Shown here: positions 9,444 to 19,800 of the stretch, one piece after another
Layout of the letters: each line of letters opens with the position of its first letter
Numbering within the stretch: position 1 is the first letter of the stretch
Notes under the pieces: generated by a model
Database searches by the model: none
The model's input: only the letters and a program-made list of their open reading frames with translations
What the model was told of the DNA's origin: nothing
Assembly (NCBI GenBank): GCA_051294375.1
Contig: JBJCIZ010000031.1
Span: 1-24,673 of the forward strand
Length of the DNA stretch: 24,673 nt
Reading direction: 5' to 3'
Source of the DNA: Paraspadella gotoi
Taxonomy: Eukaryota > Animalia > Chaetognatha
Translations under genes and position numbers: made by a program

Positions 9444-12400
9444 ATGGGCAAGAAAAGCAAAAATTGAATCGTCATTGAACGATTACATCAGTTAGCTGAA
9501 GTCAGACGTCAGACTGGAGGAGACACAGATTGTTCGCTTGATCTTCAGACAAATTGTCCCGGCTCGTCATTTGACGAGCCATCAGGTTTCTCTTGAGGTC
9601 AGCGTGTTATTATTATCCCTCCCGACATGAAGCCGGAGGAACTTCAAGTTGACATCGAAGACATTCCAGTTTTCAATACGAAAGCACCAGACTCCAAAAC
9701 TATCGACAGAAACAGATATCAGGAGTACGAGTTTCGCGAACTTTCTAAAAAGTTCCAATTGGAAAGATTGTCCCTCACTCAAATTTACCATGTCCGTGAT
9801 CATTCTCTCGACGAAGAAGTTGGTACAAGATTTCTCGCACTTGCAGTCAAAGCAGACGGACACTTGGTCGTAGGCCTCGACATCGAGGACGACGCGGCGA
9901 CGGTCCAACTTTCGACAAAATTTGGAAAGGAAGCTATTCATGCCCTTTATCAATGCCGCTCACGGAAAGTTAAAGATTGTTTTCGTGAAGGTGTCCCACC
10001 CTTCTTGAAGGAACTGTTCCTTCACCCAAAAATAATCTTCACCGGGAAAGGAATTAAAGAAGACGTGGAGACAGTAGGAAGAAAACTCATGATTCCCGAA
10101 AGCCTTGTCCGCAATATCAGGGTTATCGAAGTGTCTAACGTATACGGGTATTGCCAGGCGTTGGTAGAAGGTCCACGCCACCTGCTCTACTTCGTCAGGA
10201 CGGGGAAATGGCCCAGGCAATTCGAAATCTCACTTGCCTATTTTTACCACTTTGCCTTCCCCGATCGATTTATGGACAAGCGAAGCTTTCACCGCGACCA
10301 TCGCGCCGACTATGCTGAATCGCGTTCTCATTTATCTTCAAGATTAGTCTCTTACGCTACTCTCGATGCCAAAGCTGCTTGCGACGCCGTCATAAAAATT
10401 ATTTCGATCCTTGGTCTTCGCGTGTCTCAACTCGCCCAATTGATCAAAAACACTGACGACATCCTCGTCGGCCTCGACGATGACGTTGGCGACCAAGCAC
10501 CGAATTCGACCCTCGCTATCGCTCAATCTTATCGCGCCGGCGACTGGATCGGCCGACCCGAAGAAGACGACGTCACTGCCATCAAAGAGAGTTTACCAAT
10601 TTTGGAAAAACATATTTTTCAAGCAGAATCCGAATAACTGATTAAAAGGAAAAAGAGAGAACTTACACTTGCAAAATTAAAGATGTTGAGAACCGGCGAA
10701 GATTTTAGTGTCGACATTGCTGACTGTTCCGATCCGTTGATGGCATGTCCAACACAAGTGTTCTCTGAGCGACATTCCGCTCAATCAAACCAAATGTCTA
10801 ACGCCTACCCAAAGATCAAAGAGACGACACACAATCCGGATCCGTTGCTAGGTAAGACCGATTGTGAAAATATTATTACCGATGATTTTCAATTTGAGTT
10901 AAATACTATTTTTGAGTTTAATGACGACCAATATGATAGTGGTTATGACATAAATAAATCTGATACATTTAATGTGGTAAATAAATTTAAACAATCTAAG
11001 CATGGTGACGTAATCTATAATCCTTTTAGCCCTACTAGTGATGATATATCCCTTCCTTTCTTAGACGAAACTCAATCTACATCTCGTTCTAGACCCTCAA
11101 GCGGCGTCGACATGGTTCGCGCCACCGTTCCGTCTTTTATTCCTATCACACGTCCACGAGAATCTCCTGTGCAAATCCTTGCTAGAATGCACTCAAAAAA
11201 TTTCTCCAATTACTTGCGAGGTATTCAACTCGCTAACGATACGGAATGCATTGAAAACTGGGCAGATATTTTGTGTAATTTGCCCAAAGACAATAAACAT
11301 GACAAAGATCGTATTTATAAGATTGCGCGTGCAATGATTGCAATTCTTCCGTCACGCTCTGCTCACAGACTCGCAGCAAAAATAGTTTCAACAAAAGCAA
11401 TAGGGCCTTATCGTCTAAACGCCCTTCAACACTTAAAATTTTTCCATTGTTCGCCAGTCGTCTTGTTGGACTATTTATTGAACGATAAAAAAGACTCAGG
11501 CGTACTGCGCGCCGTCTCTCGCCACTTCCAACAAAATGACATTAAGTCTATAGTTAATTTCGTACTTGAGGCACGCGAGAACGAAACACGTATTTTAGAA
11601 AAACTCGCGTCCTGCCGTTTCTTTTTGCCCGGCGAAACAATTGAGAATTTCGCGGGAAAATTTTCGTCGTTCCATGTCGGTAATTTTGTGAAGACCTGTT
11701 GCGAATCTGCAAAAATTGAGCTACCACAACTTTACTTCAAAGTACTCAAGTACTTAAAAGAGTGTCATTAAAACACTCGCTCCTTGCCGAAGCTCTCGCC
11801 GAAATGAGAGGTGTTCCACAACAAAATTTTCAACCGGCTCCACAAGATCACTTTTCACCCACGTGTTTACTACCTTACAATCGTCCTCTTCATGATCTCG
11901 GTTTGCATCTACGTGCAGGGATTGTTATCTCAAATTGCGCCCTTTTAAGAGATCTCGGAGACTCGTTTCGTCAATCAAATTATCTTACCGTAATTTATCA
12001 TCTTCCGCTACCCGGTCTGGAATCTAAGAAGATCGACTGGTTCACGTTCTATTGCGGAAGAGTTTTTCATTTCTCCCCAAGCTTAACGCCAGAGTTATTA
12101 CCGGATCTTGGCAAAATTTTCAAACAAAGTCAACAGCGGCACTTTTACGTTTTCAAAGCCCCACTCTTTCTCGAATTTTGCCGCAAAACGTTTGCATGGG
12201 TACCAATAAATCTTGTAGACGCAAGCAAGATATGTCAGGAGCGCGGATTGGACGCCTCCATCGATGCGATATCAGTATATATGACTGAGCAACACTTTTG
12301 TCCGCGCGGCCTTACGTTTTCTGGGGACACTTTCCCAACGGCCGTCGCGTTGCGCCATCGCGTCATTACGGTGATCCTGGTCTCGCGTTTTTGTTATCAG

Positions 12401-12505
12401 CAAGAGCCCGCATTCCGCCATAGGGCTAGAAACCTTTCGCGCGATCCCTCCTCTCAACATGGTCGCTTCCGTTCTCGCTCTCCTTTGAGAGATCGCTTCG
12501 ATTGA
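9444..12505 (+). pseudogene. ORF3 (~1020 aa reconstructed): DEDDy 3'-5' exonuclease + acidic linker + helical domain + probable inactive exonuclease-like domain
   Basis: ATG 9444 (MGKKSK, compare MGKKGK in B) is in frame with 9627 and 10683. Interrupted by TGA 9465, TGA 9594 and TAA 10635, plus a frame change near 11765. Homologous and collinear with 16324-14332. Confidence 0.75.
9627..10637 (+). CDS. DEDDy 3'-5' exonuclease domain (WRN/Mut-7/EXD/RNase D-like)
   Basis: ExoI VVGLDIE followed by TVQLS; LKELFLHPKIIFTGKGIKED (ExoII); ExoIII YATLDA. Confidence 0.85.
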   Translation: MKPEELQVDIEDIPVFNTKAPDSKTIDRNRYQEYEFRELSKKFQLERLSLTQIYHVRDHSLDEEVGTRFLALAVKADGHLVVGLDIEDDAATVQLSTKFGKEAIHALYQCRSRKVKDCFREGVPPFLKELFLHPKIIFTGKGIKEDVETVGRKLMIPESLVRNIRVIEVSNVYGYCQALVEGPRHLLYFVRTGKWPRQFEISLAYFYHFAFPDRFMDKRSFHRDHRADYAESRSHLSSRLVSYATLDAKAACDAVIKIISILGLRVSQLAQLIKNTDDILVGLDDDVGDQAPNSTLAIAQSYRAGDWIGRPEEDDVTAIKESLPILEKHIFQAESE

Positions 12506-12521
12506 TCGGGTCGATCAATTT

Positions 12522-12537
12522 AGAAAAGGGGGAATGG
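12522..12537 (+). promoter_or_regulatory. Polypurine tract
   Basis: AGAAAAGGGGGAATGG abutting the TG of the 3' LTR. Confidence 0.9.
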
Positions 12538-13435
12538 TGTCGGGAAGAAACTTTCGTGGATTCGTTCATCGGCTTTATTCATCAGTGGATTCATTTACAA
12601 CCGGACATTTATTCATCTGTGGATTAATTATTCATTAATTATTCATTAATCATTCATTGATTGTTCATCGATAGTTATTGATCGTTTGTTATCTATTTCC
12701 TCCTACAGTTATCGTGAATCGTTTATAGTATGATAGGAGAGGTGTTGGGTACTTGGTTCTATTTAAAGGTCATTGATCATTGTCGTGTTTCCTCCTGATT
12801 ACAATACAGTGCAGATTCCAGGGTGCTCAGACTGTCAATGCACGGCTGCCCGTGATCTATCCAAGCCTATGGTTGTTCCGAGACATTCTGCCACGCTGTG
12901 ACGTTCCGTGTCACCCCTCTGATCTATCATCTATATATACTTGATTGGCAGGGCGAATGAGGAGTTAGGGAATTTGCAGGGTGGTGCTTATAATTCGAGC
13001 CTCTGTGTATATACTTGATTGGCAGGGCGAATGAGGAGTTAGGGAATTTTTCAGAGTGGTGCTTATAATTCGAGCCTCTGTGTATATACTTGATTGGCAG
13101 GGCGAATGAGGAGTTAGGGAATTTTGCAGGGTGGTGCTTATAATTCGAGCCTCTGTGTATATACTTGATTGGCAGGGCGAATGAGGAGTTAGGGAATTTT
13201 GCAGGGTGGTGCTTATAATTCGAGCCTCTGTGTATATACTTGATTGGCAGGGCGAATGAGGAGTTAGGGAATTTTGCAGGGTGGTGCTTATAATTCGAGC
13301 CTCTGTGTATATACTTGATTGGCAGGGCGAATGAGGAGTTAGGGAATTTTGCAGGGTGGTGCTTATAATTCGAGCCTCTGTGCACCGTCCTCATCGCCCA
13401 TCAGTTAGGGGGTACACAGGATTCGCCCCCTAACA
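12538..13435 (+). repeat. 3' LTR of element A, interrupted by a tandem array
   Basis: Matches 168-607; ends CCCCCTAACA followed by TSD TATT. Confidence 0.95.
12930..13382. repeat. Minisatellite, 6 x 75 bp, inserted in the 3' LTR
   Basis: TATACTTGATTGG recurs at 12936, 13010, 13085, 13160, 13235 and 13310; absent from the 5' LTR. Confidence 0.97.
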
Positions 13436-13887
13436 TATTTTTGATTTCCAAATTTTTTTTTTACTTATCAAAAAAAATTTTATTTCTTCATTTTAATAAA
13501 TTTTAGTCTTGAATAAAAATATTGATTGTTCTTTTTTTAGGAAGAAACCAGACCGAGGTCAATTTTATATTTGCATATTTAATTAATTTATAAATAGTTA
13601 ACAAAACTAAAATAATTATTAGTTTAAAAAAAAATAAAATGATTTAATATATACACTAAAAATATTTTACATTTAATAATAGTACAAATTATCAGAATAA
13701 CAAAAAAGTAATGTTTAATTTGACTATATCTCTCTTCTCGACTCCTATTTTAGATATAATTTGCTAAAAGTGGGACGACCGGTCCAAAGTTACAGTAATA
13801 AATAAAAACAAAAAAAATAATTTTTTAAAAAATGATAAATACATACATACAGGTATCGCCTACCTGTCACATTAGCTGATGCACATG

Positions 13888-14312
13888 TGTCAGGAACAAA
13901 CTCTTGTGGAATCTCGATTGGAACTTTGTGGAAATCCGTATAAACATTTGTGGATTTAATTCATTCATTGATTGTCTTATTTAATTAAAGATTCATTGAT
14001 TATTCATCTTTCGTCATTGATAATTATTATAATCATTCATTACTATTTTTCCCCTCAGCTATCATGAGTTAATGATTAATATTTTATAGCAGAGGTTTTG
14101 GGTACTTCTCCGTGTTTACTTAGTGACTACTGATCCATTGTGTTTCTCTCTTGATATATATTACAGAGTAGTGACTCTGGGCTAGTGAAACTGTTGACGC
14201 CCTGCTGCCCGCGTCTAGTGGCATACGAGCAACGCCGAGACTCTTAAGCTGCCCTTTGGTCTGCAGCCACCCATCGACCCGTTAGGGGGTCCGCAAGGTT
14301 TGCCCCCTAACA
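13888..14312 (+). repeat. Family-B LTR in inverted orientation relative to element B
   Basis: TGTCAGGAAC...CCCCCTAACA; closely matches the reverse complement of 23643-24078. Confidence 0.93.
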
Positions 14313-14313
14313 G

Positions 14314-14331
14314 TGGTGCATCGGCCGGGAA
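14314..14331 (+). other. Perfect 18-nt complement of the tRNA-Gly(GCC) 3' end (extended PBS)
   Basis: TGGTGCATCGGCCGGGAA is the reverse complement of UUCCCGGCCGAUGCACCA (tRNA sequence recalled from invertebrate tRNA-Gly GCC). Confidence 0.85.
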
Positions 14332-16324
14332 TGGCGGCAGACCGCACGTAGAACGCCGGATCACGGCTGTCGTTGATGAGAAAATCTAACAGGACGATCG
14401 GCGAACAATGAAAAAAACGAAGATGAATAAGAGTATTCAATTTGTGATGCCCAATCGCCTGTTTTTCCATTATTTTTTGCGACAAATTCGTAAGTTTGAT
14501 GAGGTGGGAATAGTTCGACCATGATCTTAGCGATTTTTATATAAACGGTCTTTTTCTATTTTAGTTTGTCTTGGTAGCTCGCAGAGAATGTTGGACCAAA
14601 ATTCTGAATTTTTAGAAGGATCTGCGAGTTGAATATGTCGCAGATACTCGGAAAATCTTCCAGAGTGGATTCTGCTCAAAATTTGAGCGGGAGACAATTT
14701 TGGACGCTGGACGGGGGCGCGAATAAAGTCGGCGCCAAAATCTCGTTCGGACAACCGATGAGATTGGGAATCATCTGTTAGTGAAAAGGGAGTTACGTCA
14801 AAATTGTCATTAGTAGGATAAGCAGGATCGTAAATTACTGTTCTATTATTAGATGTTATAATATCATTATCATTATTTATTTTGTCATTATTAACATCAA
14901 AATCGTCATTGAAAAAATTATCTAAATTAAATTCGAAAAAATTAGAGTCAAAACTATAATCAGTCTCACCTTGAACTGATCCAGAGTTGAGAGCGACTTC
15001 ATCTGCTGGTTGACCAACCAGATCGGATTGAGCAATAAAGTGCTCAGACGGAGAAGGATCGTATTCGATGACGAAGTCGTCTCCAGTTCTCTCTTCTTTA
15101 ATTTTGCCTTTGCAAGTTCCTTCCGTTTTCGTTTCACACTTTCTTCGTATTCGCGTCGGCAACTCGTTTTTCGAAGTAGGAAGCACTTTCATTGAGCGCC
15201 GCAACGTCACATTCCTCTCGGCGGCCAACTGAGTCGCCGTCGCGGTAGACTTGTGCCGCGCTAAGAAGCGAACGACTTGTTGTCTGATCTTCTTCGATCC
15301 CGACCAAAAATTTGGCGTCGTTCTTTACGAGTTGAACGAATTGAGCCGCGCGCAGTCCCAACTTTTCCAGTATTTTATGAGTCGCATCGCACGCCGCTTT
15401 AGAATCGAGAGTAGCGTATGAGATCATGCGAGGTGTAAGAAGGGAGCGGGATTCTGAAAAATCCGCTCTATGGTCTCTGTTGAATCCGCGTTTATCCATG
15501 AAATAGTTTTTGAACGCAAAATGGTGAAAAAACGCGAGGGAGATATTTATTTCTCTTGTCCAAATCCCATATTTGACGAAGCGGTAAAGAGCCTGAGGTC
15601 CTTCAGCGAGACTTTGGCAAAAGCCAAAGAGTTTAGTAACCTCAATATATTTGATGTTACGCACGGAACTAGAATCAACTTTAAGCAGTTTACCGATCTT
15701 TTCAATGTCGTCTTTGACGTCTTTTCCGACGAAGATCATCTTCGGATGAAGGAAAACTTCCTTTAGGAAGGGCGGGACACCCTGTTGAAAACATTGCTTG
15801 CCTTTTGAAGAAGAGCACTGATACAGGGCATGGACGACTTCTTTGCCATATTTGGCCGAGAGCTGAATCGTCGAGATATCGCCTTCCGTGTCAAGGCCGG
15901 TAATAAGGTAATGCGGAACTTTGATGGCGAGTGATAAAAACTTCGCCCCGACCTTCTCGTCTACTTTGTGATCACGAACGTGGTAAACCTTGTTCGCGGG
16001 AAGAACTTCCAAATGAAACTTTTTCCTATTTTCGCGAAATTCGTATTCTTGATAGCGGGACAAATCGGAAGTCGGCGTAGCAGGCGCATTGGGACGTGAT
16101 GGCGGAAGTTTATCGAGATCAACTTGGATGTCGGCCATCCTAATATCGGACGGGATGAAAATCACTTGTACGTCGGAGGAGGGAGGTGGTGGTTCGCTAA
16201 CTGGCGGACCGAAACCCTCAATCACCGAATCGGGTGGGACAGTATCCTGAGACGATGTATTCTCTTGATGACTTAAAGCAAGAGTATATAACTTTTGGGA
16301 GAAGGATTTACCTTTCTTTCCCAT
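14332..16324 (-). pseudogene. ORF3 of element B: DEDDy exonuclease + helical domain, frameshifted and truncated
   Basis: ITGLDTEG..TIQLS, LHPKMIFVGKDVKDD and YATLDS in 15134-16324. Downstream pieces (KRKRKELAKAKL, RTGDDF, SPAQILSRIHS, LRFFHCSPIVLLDFL) align with the element A region 10640-11530. Confidence 0.85.
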
Positions 16325-16885
16325 TTTAGCTTTAGTTTTCTAAACGAGATAGCTATAGAATATAAATCTGTCAAACTGAAAAACGGATAATAGGAACTGA
16401 AATTAGGCATGATGAATAAAATCAATCAAAGGACAATGTTTTGTAATTGAACTATTAGTAAAACCAGTACACAGCTAAAAACCATTGGCTAATTGCCAAA
16501 AACAGAAAAATAAAGAATAATGAAATCTAACTTTCTATTTCTTTTGGAATTGTACAAACTTCAGGCGTCGCATCCCAGGCACACACACAATTTCAACATA
16601 AAAATTCCAAAATTAAGTTTACATTTTAAAGCGGATAACCAACGATGTTGAACTTGTGTTAAGGTTCACCAATCTTGCTAATTAAAACAAAACATTAAGA
16701 CGTTAAAATGAAAGGAATATCTATACTATTACCGTGGTGGTCCCCAAATTTATAGTGGACCGATTATAACATTAGAATTAACTATGATCGATCTTTTAAC
16801 TACATTGAGCTAAATTTAACTATCGCGAGTTTCAAACTAATAATCAAGTTACAATGACAATGACAATGAGACGAGGATCAAACAG

Positions 16886-19800
16886 TTAATTATTTTTAGG
16901 AGTACTAGTTAACAGCGGATCTCTTGACGAAGTTGGCGTCTGTTGATTACTTTCCACTGTAACATTTGTAGTTTCAGGATTTCTGAATTTCTGAATTTCT
17001 GAAAGTTTGGTTTTTGATATCAATCTATCACTACGTCGTACCACATTAAGTTCATTGGTAGTACTTTTGGATTTACTTATATTTGAACGAAATTGTTTAA
17101 CGAGAGGATGAGGGGATGGCACCTTAGATGTGGATGCCGTAGGTTGATCGCGAGATGAATGAGTGGGGGTAAGAATACCACTCCTTGCCAAATCCGTTTC
17201 GGTAAAATCAATGTGTATATCCCCATCGGACATAGTCCGATTTCTTTGGCTAATAACTGACTGAGTCGTATTAATACTAATTGTCTCTTGAGAGTCCAGA
17301 ATAATAGTTTCTGAAACGGATGTTACTTTTTGTAAACCACTTCGCATACACGTTTGTTTTTGCTTATCTTTTGGGCGAGCGCCTGAGTTACGTTCACGAG
17401 ATTCACTCTGGGTTCGACGTTTATCCAGAGGATTAGAGGTAACGTGACTCGTTCCTATGATTATTACATCAGAGTCTGCAGTAGTATTTATGTTCTCTGG
17501 TTGAGGTTCATCCTCTGCTGATCCTGGGGGGAGAAATTGACGAAGCCGTGCAGTACTTGCTACTAAATTTTGAATCAATTCTTCGGTTACACCAACAGGG
17601 GGAGGAGAACCAGTTATAGGTAAAGCAGAAGCTTCTATGCCCAATGGGTCGATTCGTTCATTACCCATTGCAATACTAGCTGCGTAGATCCCTATCGTAG
17701 AAATCGATTTTTCCAACGGAATGCTCATCATTTCATCATACTTAGCATTAACAATTTTTAATTGTTCTCTATTTCTTCTAACTTCTTTGCCCTTAGAATC
17801 TTTACAGATGTAAGTAGTACCGGCAGACCCTCGAGGGCCAGGTCGTCTTTCCTTAATGATGAGTGGACCACGCCATCGTGGATCCAGCTTGCCTCGCCTC
17901 TCATCCGGTATTCTTTCATAAACCTGGTCTCCTTCATCGAGGGAAGTACCTTTTGCTTTTCTGTTATNNNNNNNNNNTTCTTTTAATCGCATCTCTTTTT
18001 CTTTAAGTTGAGCTTTCTCTCTTGTTTCTTTTACTCTTTGACGCATGTTTGAAATATATTCTGAGAGAGATTTAGGTTTTGGTTTAATCTCAGTTTCAGT
18101 TGTCAGCTGAGGCAAAGGTGGGGGCCTACCAAAGAAAAGAAGAAACGGTGTCATATCGTTCTTTGCTATTGGAGTTGTATTATAGGTCCATTCAACATAA
18201 GGCAAATGATCTACCCAAGATTTGCCGTATTGTTCCAAACGTTTCGTTAGGTCCCTAATAAGGGTCCTGTTTTGGCGCTCCACATTTCCCTGTGATTGAG
18301 GCCGATAGGCGACACTTGTTCGTTTCTTAGTGCCTAACACTCTACATGTTGCCTCCATGACATCGGAGACAAATTCTCCACCATTGTCAGATGTCAGACG
18401 CTTAGGTGGTCCGGCAAAACAGACCAAGTTTTCGAAGGCTTTAGCTATGCCAATTGAATTCTTATTTTTCAGTTTATACAACTTGATATAGCCTGAAAAG
18501 ACATCTTTAAAGACTAAAACGTATTTGAAATTTCCAGGGGCAATAGGCAATTGTAGTAAATCACATATGACGTGATCAAAAACGTTATCCGCCACAATGG
18601 GCTGGAGCATCGTCTTCACTTTTGGTTGGGGTTCCATCATTTTATCACAAATTCGGCAGTTGCGAACAAAGTCAGCAACGTCTTTACCGATTGATGGCCA
18701 GATGGCATAACGTTTGATTTTGTCTTGCATTCTTGAATTGCTTGGGTGACCTGATAATACAGAGCCATGAGAGTCTTTTAATACTTCTTGGACCAAAGAG
18801 TCAGGCAGAATGGCCTGAAGAACCTGGGAGTCAATGCCTTTGTTGAAACCTTTTCGATACAAGGCACCTTTAATCATCACAAGTCTCTTAAAATTTCTGA
18901 GATACCACTTGTCTGGAAACGCTTTAGGAGGGCGCTTACGAGCTTTCACGAATCCCATCACTTCAGAGATAATTGGATCATTAAGTTGTTCCAACTTAAG
19001 TCGTGAAGCGTCGTCTTCCGCGTTTAAATTAACCAGATTGTAGTCTTCAATATCATCTATACCTAAGAAGGCCCAATCTTGTTCTTCGCCTATGGAACAG
19101 GTTGTGTACTTATCCTCTTCGCAGGGATCGTCGTCATCCTCGCCTCTTCTACTCATTGCATCTGCATCTGAATGAATTTTTCCTTGCTTATACATAAGCT
19201 CAAATTCGTATTGATCAAGCTCAATGGCCCATCTAGTTCGTCTTCCAGTAGCATCTTTCTTTGGGTCGACTTTCTTCCAGGACAAAAGAGGTCTATGATC
19301 CGTAATTGCAATGAAAGATGCATGTCTCAAATAATGTGAGTTTGCTCTTATAGCACAAAGAAGAGCAAAAAATTCCCGATCATAAGTTGACCACTTCTGT
19401 TGAGGTTTCGATAGTTTCTTAGATCCATAGGAAATAACTTTTTCTTTTCCATCAATCTTTTGAGTCAAAACATAGCCAATGGCTGTAAGTGAGGCGTCGC
19501 TTTTGACTATAAATGGCTTTGAGAAGTCCGGATAATTCATGACTTTCTCAGAAATCAAAATTTGTTTCAACTCGTCAAAAGCTTTTTGGTGTTCTTCTTT
19601 CCAGCACCATTTTGTCCCTTCTTGTGTAAGGTCAGTCAAGGGCTGGGCTAATTTGCTGTAATTTTTCACATATTGACGGTAATAACCTGTCAATCCTAAA
19701 AAGGTTTTAAGACGCTTTGCATTGTCTGGAGCCGTCCACGATTTTATCTTCACTACATTTGCGGGGTCAGGGGCAATGCCCTGTCTGGACAACTTGTGAC

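Larger units (their letters stand above)
168..13435 (+). mobile_element. Full-length Ty3/Gypsy LTR retrotransposon (element A) with extra ORF3; coding regions disrupted
   Basis: Direct-repeat LTRs TGTCGG...CTAACA; 4-bp TSD TATT at 164-167 and 13436-13439; PBS; PPT; domain order gag-PR-RT-RH-IN. Confidence 0.97.

Noticed and set aside
7748-10637. Alternative genetic code or programmed readthrough explaining in-frame stops
   Set aside because: All three stop types occur and the homologous regions of B lack these stops; mutation or error is simpler.
9444-12505. ORF3 as an envelope glycoprotein
   Set aside because: No signal peptide, furin/fusion-peptide pattern or C-terminal TM anchor; exonuclease motifs instead.
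12930-13382. CRISPR-like array
   Set aside because: Units are head-to-tail and near-identical with no unique spacers; no cas genes; eukaryotic context.
12927-13394. 155-aa repeat-protein ORF (HRGSNYKHHP...)
   Set aside because: Open only because the 75-bp unit is a multiple of 3 with no stop in that frame; its start lies in LTR sequence.
13849-13889. Small palindromes ACAGGTA/TACCTGT and CACATGTG next to the LTR
   Set aside because: Short, single occurrence, expected by chance.
14314-14332. tRNA gene
   Set aside because: Only the 3' 18-19 nt including CCA are present; no cloverleaf.
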